Source: Octopus bimaculoides (Eukaryota). From it: 64,000 nt of DNA. The notes below the pieces were generated by a model. The model ran no database searches, was not told where the DNA came from, and saw only the letters and a list, made by a program, of their open reading frames with translations. Made by a program: the position numbers and the translations under genes. Shown here piece by piece: positions 1-10,842 of the stretch (the stretch's first letter is position 1; each line of letters starts with the position of its first letter). The stretch spans positions 123,183,857 to 123,247,856 of the forward strand of contig NC_068982.1 of the NCBI RefSeq assembly GCF_001194135.2, in the 5' to 3' direction.

Positions 1-121
1 GTGAGACAGAATGAGAGAGCGGTGTGTATGTAGTATTTACTCTCTCTCTCTCTCTCTCTCTCTCATACACATGAACACACACACTCACACACAAAATAGA
101 AAGTGAAGCTTTTTGCGGTTG

Positions 122-140
122 TTACGTCAATACCGGAAGT
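122..140. promoter_or_regulatory. Candidate promoter motif pair: CRE/ATF-like site plus ETS (GABP/ELK) site
   Basis: TTACGTCA at 122-129 and ACCGGAAGT at 132-140, in a CpG-retaining patch of an otherwise CpG-poor region. Motif match only. Confidence 0.4.
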
Positions 141-179
141 TGACATTGAGGAACCTTTTTAAAGAAGTGAATCTTAAAT

Positions 180-342
180 ATAAAGCAATATTATTTATTT
201 TTAATTAAAAAATCAAATGAAGAGCCTAAGATTTATCCGAGGTCAAATTATTCATGCATTACAAGTATGGAAGCATTTGGTGAAGTCGATTTCACGTGAA
301 AAGCGATTACACACACATCTCTGTTTTATATATAGTATAGAT
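180..342 (-). mobile_element. Helitron-like non-autonomous element, 5' end
   Basis: Minus strand begins A|TCTATACTATATATAAAACAGAGATGTGTGTGT..., the start-plus-microsatellite layout of invertebrate non-autonomous Helitrons. No 3' hairpin/CTRR end seen; left boundary approximate. Confidence 0.45.
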
Positions 343-550
343 GAGAGGTAATGGTGTCAGTGAGACCCAAAGGTGTCAGGTAATGCTCAGTAAGTGCTTT
401 GGATAGACCATAGTTAAGCTCCAGTTCTGATGATTATGCAAATAAGGGGTCCAATGTAGGTCATATATCAGCATGTGCATAAAAAAAAAAATTTTCTCAT
501 AATGTGATAAAAAACCAAGGCTGTATAGATTTTAGAACATTTATAAATAG

Positions 551-598
551 GTCTTACAGCTGTTTCCAGGATATTTATTATATCCCTTCATCGGAGAT
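551..598 (-). mobile_element. Penelope-like element terminus with degenerate hammerhead ribozyme motif
   Basis: Minus strand: ATCT-CCGATGA-AGGGATA taataaa TATCCTG-GAAAC-AGCT-GTA-AGAC. Homologous to 62289-62337. Confidence 0.55.
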
Positions 599-690
599 GG
601 TGTGAGAAGATGGTTAAGCAATAGTTAATTTAGATAAGATATGAAATATATATATATATATGTGTGTGTGTGTGTATGTGTGTATTATAT

Positions 691-938
691 TATTTAATAA
701 ACACAAAATATATTATGTGCTACTATTATTTTCATGTACCGAGAGCATGCCAGACAATATTCTTAACATGTTTGGTGTCCTAGTACAATCATCAGGTACT
801 GCCCACTTGTCATAATGAATTATGCCATGTGGGCAGTACCTGATGATTATGCAAGGTCACCAGACGAATATTGTCTGACATGCTCTCGGCACATGAAACT
901 AATAGTAGCATATAAAAACATAGTGTGTTTCTTAAATA
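691..938. repeat. Fold-back (inverted repeat) element with hammerhead-like CTGATGA...GAAAC motif
   Basis: Arms ~691-816 and ~819-938 are imperfect reverse complements around cataat|ga|attatg. Confidence 0.8.
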
Positions 939-1000
939 TTTATCTCTCACCAACTGGAATACTTTTTTTTTTGTTGATCTTACTGTCATGGAACAATATA

Positions 1001-1002
<2 letters not shown>

Positions 1003-1046
<44 letters not shown>
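1003..1046. repeat. (CA)n microsatellite
   Basis: Direct observation; explains the HT/CV low-complexity ORFs at 810-1051. Confidence 0.95.
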
Positions 1047-1049
<3 letters not shown>

Positions 1050-1304
1050 GATTTTGTGTTCTATTCAATTATATTAGTGATTTAGCATGGATCAAAACCA
1101 GAGTACAATTATACCAGTATGTACCATGTTTTTTGTTGTAGGTATTCTTCGTTTTATTGGGTCAGTAGACAAGGATTTAACTAGCTGTTCATAGTTTGAC
1201 CTGTTACATTAGATAAATGCTATAAGATGGAGTATTGGTATGAAAAGATATCACAAAGTTCAGATTAGATGGCCTTTCTAATTAAAAAGGAATTGTTTGA
1301 GATA

Positions 1305-1518
1305 CAGTAATCCCTTGGCTATTGAAGGTGTTATGTACCCCCACCCCGATTGGTGAAAATCTGCGAAGTAGAAATAGTACTGTGTATTTTTAAAAATTAA
1401 TTTTGTAATTTCTTTGTATTTATTTTATTATAAATGCAAAGCAACATCACAGAGAAATCGATGTAAACTTAAATAGTAAGCAGCGATAGGTGAACCACAA
1501 TATGGTGAGGGATTACTG
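1305..1518. mobile_element. Tigger/pogo-type MITE
   Basis: TA|CAGTAATCCCT... at 1305 and ...AGGGATTACTG|TA at 1518; imperfect ~20-bp TIRs, TA target duplication. Confidence 0.8.
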
Positions 1519-2324
1519 TATACATGTAAAAAAAGATGCATAAACTAGTTGCATTATGTAGTATTTATTTTGAGCCTGACTCGCCAAGGGACAAAAACTG
1601 AATTTAGGTAATGGATAGAATCTCCAAACTGGCCCAGTGTGAGACCAAAAAGTATTTTTCAGTAAAAAATGTAAGCTAAGGTTATAAATATCTACATAAC
1701 ATCAAAGATCTGGTGCCTTCTGGTTAGTGTATCTTGTCTAGAAAAAATTCTTACAGATATCAAGAGGTTGTTTATGCCAATATTTATGAAAGAACAAACT
1801 CAACCTCCAACATGGTCTCAGGACAACAAATATAAAAATATGCAGACATACATTAAAGCTGAGATTTTTGTGTTGATGGGTTTGCCAGGCAAGTGTAGAT
1901 AGTATATTAGTGTCTTTGTCTTATCAGTATATCCCAGGAGGTTGTGTTGACAGCAAAGTTAAGAGTTGGCATTTTAGAATATTATTTAAGGAGGCAAGAA
2001 TAGAAATGGTTCATTCTTTTTTCAAAAGTGTTGTGACAGATGGGTGAAATTGGTCAAATAGGTTATGTAAATGGGACGCATTTGAGATGGGGAGGACTGG
2101 GTAAAGCCTAAATTGCTTATTGATCTAGATCGTTCAACAGAGGTACTTTATCTGAGAATTTCACAGAGAATAAAGACAATTATTATTTCATTTGTTTAAT
2201 TCTGAAATTATGTAAATTTTTCATTTGACATTCTATCATTTAGGTATTCATTACCTTTTCTCACCTACTATATGTAGAGCAAATTGTTTTTAGGCTTAAG
2301 CATAATTCTCAACTTGCTCATATA

Positions 2325-2770
2325 TTAGGTTGTCAAGAAAGTTCTTGCGATTTTTAACCTTTAAATTCAGATGCACATATCTTGGCTCAAACAAAATTTT
2401 ATTAATTGAAATAAACACCATCAGAATCAGCACACTTTTGCCAACGCGAAATAAGTTCATTTATGCCAGTAGCATAAAAATCCTGCGTTCTGGTTACGAT
2501 GAAGTCGTTGAAGGCATGTTTGGCATCGTCTTGGTTTTTGAAGCATTTCTCATGCAGGAAGTTGTCAAGATGCTTGAAAATGTGGTAGTCGGTAGGCGAG
2601 AGGTCTGGTGAGTATGGCAGATGAGGCAGAGTTTCGTGGCCCAATTCGTTCAACTTCTGCAGAGTCTGTTGTGTGACGTGCGGCCGAGCTTTGTCATGGA
2701 GAAGAATTAGTCCTTTTCTGTCGACCAATGCTGGCTGTTGTCAGAGTTTCTTATGTATTTGAAGAATATT
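2325..2770 (-). mobile_element. mariner (D,D34D) transposon remnant: transposase C-terminus plus right TIR
   Basis: ORF 2402-2728 (-) has LHDKARPH...PYSPDLSPTDY with 34 residues between the two Asp. TIR TA|TTAGGTTGTCAAGAAAGTTCTTGCGATTTT starts at 2325. 5' part missing. Confidence 0.92.
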
Positions 2771-3394
2771 GTAATTGGCTTACGTCAATTCATCACTATT
2801 TTAGTAAGATGGAGTCCACATTTTGCTGAGATGTAATAAAACTGAAATCTCTCTAGAGTTGTCTCTTGTGCTTGCCAAAATGGTTAAAATAATATTAGTC
2901 ATTGAGTTAATGTCTTTTCCTCACCACAATTCTAATTTTATTTTTTATGCTCAATGTATTAAATATGTTTGTATTGTTTTTCATGCAGATGGCATCTCTG
3001 AGTAATCAATCTTAAGTGATTTACTTTTAAAAAATATACTGATCAGTTATACTAGAGTCTGCTGACTTTCTATGAAAACACTGTTTTACTTGTCAACATT
3101 ATGTATTAGATTTTTGGTATTCAAGAAATTTTACTTCTGAGATTCATCAGAAGCAATAAAGATGTTCAGTTGGAAAATATAGCTTTCATTAGGAAGGCTG
3201 ACTACTATTAATTCAATATATATTACACCCAATTATCTCACTGTCTTATATTTAGGACCATTTCTATAGATCACAGACAACAAATAAAAGTAATACTGGA
3301 TAATTAAACAAGATTCAGAATCTTAGTATCAGTGCTGGAAAACAAGAAGTTGACTTTTTTTTTTTAAAAACATAAATATGAAAGTCAAAATTTT

Positions 3395-3959
3395 GGATCT
3401 ATTTTAAAACGGGGGCCACATTTTTCATTAATGTTTTATGTAGTGTTTTTGGTACGGAAAGACTTTCAAACTTCGTATACTTATCTATTTTGTGTTATAG
3501 AACAGAAAAATATTTTTGTATTCGAATTTATTTCATGTAAAAAATTGTCTTATTTCGATAATTTCAACCAATCACTGACAAGTATTCAGTTGTTTATATT
3601 TACTCCTTTGGCTGATTAAGTGATGTAAAGCGTATTTAATCTCCATACCTTCGTTTTATTTGCTTTTTTCATTTTAAATTTGCTTTAACCCTAACCCTAA
3701 CCTTAGGGTTAGGGTTAATTGTTTCAGAATCGTTTGTTTATGTAGTCGGAACTTAATGTATATTGGCTGAATGGACGTCAGTGATTGGTTGAAATTACAG
3801 AAATACGACAACTTTAACATGGAATAACTTATGGATTTCTTTTTTTTTAAAGAAGACTAAGAGAAAAGGATGTTTTATATGACACATTCTACCAGTGTTC
3901 CAAGTTTCAAAGTGTTTCGTTAATGAAAAATGTGGCCCCCCCGTTTTAAAAAAAGATCC
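3395..3959. mobile_element. MITE with ~37-bp TIRs, internal inverted repeats and central inverted telomeric repeats
   Basis: GGATCTATTTTAAAACGGGGGCCACATTTTTCATTAA ... TTAATGAAAAATGTGGCCCCCCCGTTTTAAAAAAAGATCC, flanked on both sides by AAAATTTT (possible 8-bp TSD). Inner IR AATTTCAACCAATCACTGAC / GTCAGTGATTGGTTGAAATT. Confidence 0.85.
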
Positions 3960-4867
3960 AAAATTTTTTATGGTGTAGAAATAGGAAGTACAGGACTTAG
4001 TGAAAGGTATTAATAATAATAATTATTATTATTATTAAAACAACGACCTCAATCTAAATTTCTTCTCTTTCTCTCACTCTCGCTCTTTCTCTCTCCCCCT
4101 CCCACTCTCCTCTCTCTCCCCCTTTCTTTCCCCTCTCTCCTTCCCTGTTCTGTGTGTGTGTGTGTGTGAAATTATTAATTCCTTGCCTTTCAATATACTA
4201 CATGCTTATATTTTCTAAACTTTGGTATTTGGAGTCAATAATAATTTCAATAATGAAACATTTTTTTGTTATTTTTATATTTTATACATAAGTCTCAAAT
4301 TTTAGATACTTTGGAGAAAGTTGCTGTTGAAATACTTGCAGATTTAATTATTGAAAACTCAATATTTTTTCTGTGATGCTCAATGATGACAAAGATGAAT
4401 TCTGTTGCCAAATCACTTTATATCTTTTCTCAGTTGATAATTGCATTTATTGTCATATGTTACTGGTATTTGTTCCAAGGAATTTAAGTTGACTGCAACA
4501 AGAATTGAACTTAGAATAGTGATGTACTCAGTTTATATATTTACTTAACATTTGCATCTAACATTCTAATAATAATAATAAAGTTCTTTTTCTTTTTTAC
4601 GTTTTTGTTTTTGTTATTGAAGTAGATATAGTGTATAAATATTGGGCTAAAAAAACCCTTTAAATAAAAGAAGTCGAAGACTACCTGTAAGATGTGAACT
4701 ATATTGCCCGTAAACATGATAGGCATTTTACCATTTTAGAAACTTTATTCTTATCTGCAAGAATTTTCATATGAATTTGGAAACCTTGAGAGAACATGAA
4801 ATAATTTTTACAGAATAGTTTAACTCAAAGGAGATAAAACTCTGAATTGTAGCATGTAAATATTGAC

Positions 4868-5342
4868 ATTATTTACATTATTTACATTTGACGGATATTT
4901 GTCCTCATCTTGTTTGTTGTTAACACGTTTTGGCTGATATACCCTCCAGCCTTCATCAAGTGTCTTGGGGAAATTTCGAACCTGGGTTCTCATTCCTAAG
5001 GTATTTTTCGATGTTATTATTATTATCATTCAGGTCACTGCCTGGAATCAAACTCGGAATCTTGGGGTTAGTAGCCCATGCTCTTAACCACTACGCCACA
5101 TGCCCATGAGCATATGGCGTAGTGGTTAAGAGCATGGGCTACTAACCCCAAGATTCCGAGTTTGATTCCAGGCAGTGACCTGAATGATAATAATAACATC
5201 GAAAAATACCTTAGGAATGAGAACCCAGGTTCAAAATTTCCCCAAGACACTTGATGAAGGCTGGAGGGTATATCAGCCAAAACGTGTTAACAACAAACAA
5301 GATGAAGACAAATATCCGTCAAATGTAAATAATGTAAATAAT
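4868..5342. mobile_element. Palindromic element: two head-to-head tRNA-derived units, each ending in a Penelope-type hammerhead motif
   Basis: Arms 4868-5103 and 5110-5342 are reverse complements with only a few differences. Each has an A box TGGCGTAGTGG, a B-box-like GAGTTTGATTCC, then TTGATGAAGGCTGG...TCAGCCAAAAC and an (AATGTAAAT)2 tail. Confidence 0.88.
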
Positions 5343-7520
5343 TCCTCATCTCTTAAATATAGAACTGTAGATATTGAGTTAAAAAAAAAGAAACCCTTGG
5401 ATGTTTGCATGCCATTATTTACAACCTTATCTGCTTCAAGCTAAACTGTTCCAAAAAAAGTGTTATTTAATGTTCTCTTGAAGTTTTTATATTATGACAT
5501 CAATGTTGATACTGATTAAAATAAGTAGTTAGTATTCAAGTTTTGGTTTAATTATCTGATTATCACTCAAAAAATTAAAATTTTTGAGATTTATAGTTTT
5601 CTTCTTATCCATTAGTACTTTATTTTATTTTTAAATATAATTTCGCAGTGGCTACACACAGTTCTATTTGATTTAATTTCTCATTTTACTTTCAAGGAAA
5701 TTAACTTAAATGAAGTTATTTTTATTAAAATCTTCTGCCTGTACCACTATCTGAAGGAAAGTTCTTTCAATTTTCTTCTTTCAGAATGAATTACTGTGTT
5801 GCACATCAATTGCGATTTTATGTAGACTTTCCTTTCTAATTTCCTATTCATGGTTTAAAAAGAAATGATTTTAACTGCATTAAGAGTACATTTTTTTCTT
5901 TATATATTCTATGTTATAGCCAGCTCTTTTTTATGCCCAAGCATTTAATTTATTCATTCATTTATTTATTTATTCTTAATCTGTTGAACACCAAATTAGC
6001 ATGAGTAATATGAATTGAAGATCCTTTAAGGAAAGCTTGTGGAATTTCCTTTCTTTGTCGGAATGTGATATCTCCTTCATAGAATTAGACTCCTGTTAGT
6101 GCCTGCAGCTAATCTGCATCTTTTTTTATTGTTTCTGACTCATTCGCTATCCATTTGACCCATTTTCCTACTTTATATAGAAGCCTGCATTGCTGTAATG
6201 GTGCATAGCTTGTTAATGGAATCGCTATGACAAGACTTCCACATGTGCAGGATTATTATTTTCTTTTATACAGACATAGATTCATAAATATATATCTTCT
6301 GAATCAAAGTGGTTCTACTTGTTTGTATTTATTGATATTCATTTTTCTAAATGACAATATATTAGTTTTCTCTATGTATATGATACCTAAACCAAGGCAA
6401 AACAAAATACATTCTAGTAGCATGCAACAATGCACATGATTTTGTAAATATGCATGCACTTTTATATTTTCTTATGTTACTTTACTATTTTCTCATGTAT
6501 TTCCTCTTGCATATATATTGATGCTTACTCTATAAATCTATCCCTATCCTTGTTTTAGGGTTGTATTATGATTACACATATTTATCTGGGATTTTTTTCA
6601 AGAGAAAATTTTAATAAATAGTTTGACTTTGAAGTTACTATGTTGATTTATATTGGTCAAAAGTTCACTTCTAGACAAATTGTATGGTTCTGCTTGGTTC
6701 AAATTATTTAGTTATCAGGTTCCATTTTTGCTTTATTGGTGAATTGTTAGGAGGAAATTAATTTCACTGTAGAAATAATTTTCTAAACATAGTTGTTGGT
6801 TTACATTTGCTTCACATCCATGAGGTTTTATCCTACAATCCCTCTACATAGCCCATTGAACAAATATTTCTACCATAGCCTTAGTTTGATCAATGAAATT
6901 TGGAAGATGAAAACTTTGTGACAGCCTGTCATATCTTTTGTCAATATACATTGGAAAAAGATGTATACTTCAGTGTGAACATTGATAAACCAATTGATTT
7001 GGACAAAATTACATTGTGGTTTGTATTCCAACCAAGTTGCATAGACATTCTTTTGGTACCCTCACCATTAAAGATGCAGTGACCCAGTGATTAGTCTGTT
7101 GGAAATATATATGACCAGCAACACTATTTTTCACAGCATAGTATATGAAATAGAAATAGCTGGAAATACAATTTTTATTTTCTTTATTAATCATCATGTT
7201 TAAGCATTATAGAAATTTATTTAAATCTCACTATGCATCTAAGTTTCTGTCTGCTTCTCTCTCTTTTCTCCCTGCCTCTCTCTTGCACATGCAAATACAT
7301 AAGTTTTAATGAAATAAGAAACCTACAAAGATAACATAATCTTAATGCAGTTAGAAGTAAATTGATATTTATTCATATATTAATGCTCCTGCTTCCTAAT
7401 GTATTTTACATGCATATTCTCGCATGTTATATTAGATTATCTTAACTCTCCTTTAGGGTATTGAGCACTCTATATCTATTACATAAAAATGTATCAGAAG
7501 ACATTGGGAAATATAAGAAA

Positions 7521-7890
7521 GTGTGTGTGATTTAGAAGATTACTTCTTAACCAAGTGATTTGGGGTTTAGCCCCACTCTGCAGTGCCTACTATAGCTTGG
7601 TCTGATCAATGACTTGTGAGTGTGTGGATTTGGTACACAAACTGAAAGAAGCTCATTGTATCATCACGCACGCACGCACGCACGTGTGTTTGTGAGTACC
7701 CTTGTCCAGCCATGACATGATGGTTGTAAATGCGTATCATTTTGATACAAGTGGTGTGAAATTGATTCCATTCTTCTGTAAAAATCATGTATAGGTTTAG
7801 AAAAATATTACCTTGCTTGGAAACAGGTGAGGATTGACACAGGGAGGACATCCAGCTATAGAAAATCTGCCTTAACAAATTCTGAATGGA
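7521..7890 (+). mobile_element. Degenerate tRNA-derived SINE with RTE-like 3' end
   Basis: Shares head (...ttaacca..tg...gggtt.agcccca..), middle (gtggatttggta...aactgaaagaagc) and tail (ggacatccagctatagaaaatctgcc) with other copies in the window. Boundaries approximate. Confidence 0.7.
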
Positions 7891-8804
7891 TATTAACATC
7901 TAATATTTTAAATATAAATAATATTAAACATCATACATTTGTAAACAAAAAGTTGATGTGAAAGTGAAGAGACACATCTATGGACAGGAATGGAAACCCA
8001 CTTCTCTTGCTTTGAGATATCTGGTTTAATGCTTCTACCTTGTTCTTGAGATACTTTCAGCAAAGTCATTTCGTTATATGTATTTGTTTCCCAATATTCC
8101 TTACAGTTGTTTAAGGTGGTATGTAGCCACATTCTTTTCACATCTGTCTGAGGAGACATGAAAATAATATGAGCATTGCACTCTTATTTCCTGACTAACT
8201 TACAAGAATGTTTTTAAATAAAAGCCCATAAAACTTGTTTTGTATGACAATGAAACTGTGAACTCAATGTGGTTTCAGTAGTAGCAGAATAGTAGATTTT
8301 GTGACAAGAAATATAGGTATGGAAGTATTTAGAGGTGGGGAAAAAAAATCATGTGATTAAAGAATTGACCAAAGTATTTACTGCTGGATCTAGAAGAGGA
8401 AACCTAGCGTGAACAGTGAGAAAAAAGCAGATGTTGTGTTTGAACTTTATATTTGAATCATTAGTTTTATGCATCTTAACTTCTAAACTAAGATATCAAG
8501 CAACTAGTTATTTTAGTAAAGACTTTTATTGGTCATTAATAATTTAAGCAAAGCAGATAACAGCCGCTACTTTTGAGCAGAATTACAATAATAGATAATT
8601 TCCCTGAAGTTTGTACTTTACTGCATTGTAATATAAATATATCTAATTGTAACATATGTTGTTAGCAGTTGCATTATTATTTATTGATTTGTGGTAATGA
8701 TAAAGTAATAGTAATGAAGCTACGTGAGTTGCCCCGAAGTTTTATAGAATTTCATTGCTCCATTACAGTTCTGAGTTACATAATAAGTATCAAGTTGCTG
8801 AGAT

Positions 8805-8845
8805 NNNNNNNNNNNNNNNNNNNNNNNNNNNNNNNNNNNNNNNNN
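8805..8845. other. Assembly gap
   Basis: Run of N. Confidence 0.99.
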
Positions 8846-10785
8846 CTCCCTTGTATCTAGCCAAAAAATATCAGTGTACTTATTGAACTGATTCTGTGAC
8901 TTGGTTTCAATTTTTAATTGCAGCTCTCTAATCTTAATGAGAGAAAATTTTGTGACCAAATTTTGTGCAGATAGTCTTAATTTTCAGTTGCAATTATTCC
9001 ACTTTATATCGGCTGCTAATGTCTTTGAGAAACAAAGATTATTGAATGTCATTCCCTTCAGTGGATGTGGAGTCTTTTACTTAGCAAAAATAAGTCATGA
9101 CCATTGGCTGAAGAAAGTTTTCCCCTGTTTGGATTGTAAATTGGTATGCTGTTGCCCGTGTTTCATTTTGTTGTTGGTAGAAAAATATCACTTAATTCTT
9201 CTTGGCTGAAGATGTTTGCCCAATTATGACATACTATTGTAATAGTAAATAAATTAAATAAATAAATGAGTGTAGGTGGGTAGCCTGGCTTAATTCTGTA
9301 GGTAGTTGGCTCAGTTACTCTGTGATGTCTCATTCAGTTTTGTAATATATTTAAAAAAGTCTTTTACTTTTCATGCATTTTAAACTGAATAAAATAAATT
9401 TTGACCAAAAAAGAAAACATTTCCTTGAACAAACACAATTCTCAAACCACTATATCATGACATTTTCCTACATTTGAATTTACTTTAGAAATTATAAAGA
9501 TATGTTTATTTTTATTTAACAATACAATCTGTCATGTCCATTCTCTTTGGTACATATTGTTATCCAAGATTACAGGCTTCTAATATAAGTTCTGATAGTG
9601 ACCACATTGATAAAATATTTAGGTATTTTCAATTATGACTAATTTGGCAAAGAAAATTTTTTAAGATTTCCTAATTATGAAAGATTATTTTTTGCCACAA
9701 AGTTTTATTTGAACTGTTGTAAACAGATCTTTTCATACATATGTTCATACTTATGCATGCAAGTAAATATACATGTGCACACACTCTCTTACTGTTGCAT
9801 TTGCTGATTCCCACTGAAGAAACCTTATGATTGTGTGTATGTGTGTATATGGTTGTGCCCATATGCGTGCACAAGGAATTCTATGCTGGCTGATGTGTGT
9901 ATGTATACATGCACATACATTTCAAATAGAGGCTTGTGTTCCAAGAAATATTTCTCTTTCGTCTTGCTATATTGTATGTGTGTATATGTATGCATGTATT
10001 TGTATGCGTTGTAACTGCATTGATTTGTGACTTAGTCATTCATTGTCATTGTCCTAGATGTTTTTATTTTATTTTATTACTTGTAGCTTGTTTTGTCCCA
10101 TTTCTTTTAGTGCAGTGTGACTCTGCATTCCAACCTCTCTTATCCATATTCATTCCTGAATTCCATTACTGGCTGGCTCCTTCTCTGCAACTGTTTGCTT
10201 TTTATTTCCAGTTGACTGATTCCTCGAGTCTCTCCTTACTTTTCTATTTTTCTGACACCATTACTCTCCAAGCAACATAAATTATCTGTTAATAACATTT
10301 ACTTGATATGGGAGATATACTGTGAATAAAAGAAAATTTAGTTATCAAAAGAAACATGTTGAATTAAATAACTGAGACAGAATAAGGGAAAAGTATACTG
10401 TTTATAATATTAGGTTTTATCTACAGTTGGGATAGGTTCTATGTTCTAGTGTCTACCAAAAGATCAATTGTACAGTGGTTATTGCAGGTTATAGATGAAT
10501 GTATTAAATAAGCTTGAAGTGTGGAATTGTCTAGAAGTCCTTTTTGTCTGCAAGCTGAGAGGTGTCAAAGATAAAATGAGACACTTTCATGAATTGAGAG
10601 AGGCATCACTTAATCATTTAAAACATTCCTGTCATACACTTTGAATTAATGTGATTTTTACTCCTATGTTTATTAGTGCTTGACTACATCTTGGATATTA
10701 TTTGATTTATTGCATTTATATGGGCAGTATGTAATATAATATTCAATATTAAATTTGTCTGAATTTGTTCCATATCACTAACATC

Positions 10786-10793
<8 letters not shown>

Positions 10794-10838
<45 letters not shown>
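10794..10838. repeat. (GA)n microsatellite
   Basis: Direct observation. Confidence 0.95.

Positions 10839-10842
<4 letters not shown>

Noticed and set aside
3685-3718. Chromosome end-to-end fusion scar
   Set aside because: Only about five repeat units, enclosed within MITE TIRs, and oriented CCCTAA-then-TTAGGG, opposite to a telomere fusion.
5115-5180. tRNA gene
   Set aside because: A and B boxes and an anticodon-like loop are present but no proper acceptor stem; it is the head of a repeat.
7960-8160. 83-aa minus-strand ORF as a gene
   Set aside because: Reads across frames as a decayed RTE C-terminal segment (DVKRM...GILG); too weak to list as a feature.
8901-9209. 102-aa ORF with LLNVIPFSGCGVFYLAKI, loosely resembling EEIG exon 1
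   Set aside because: Lacks the KKK.KF start and RLLDGG motif; far less conserved than the true exon; no suitable donor site recognised.
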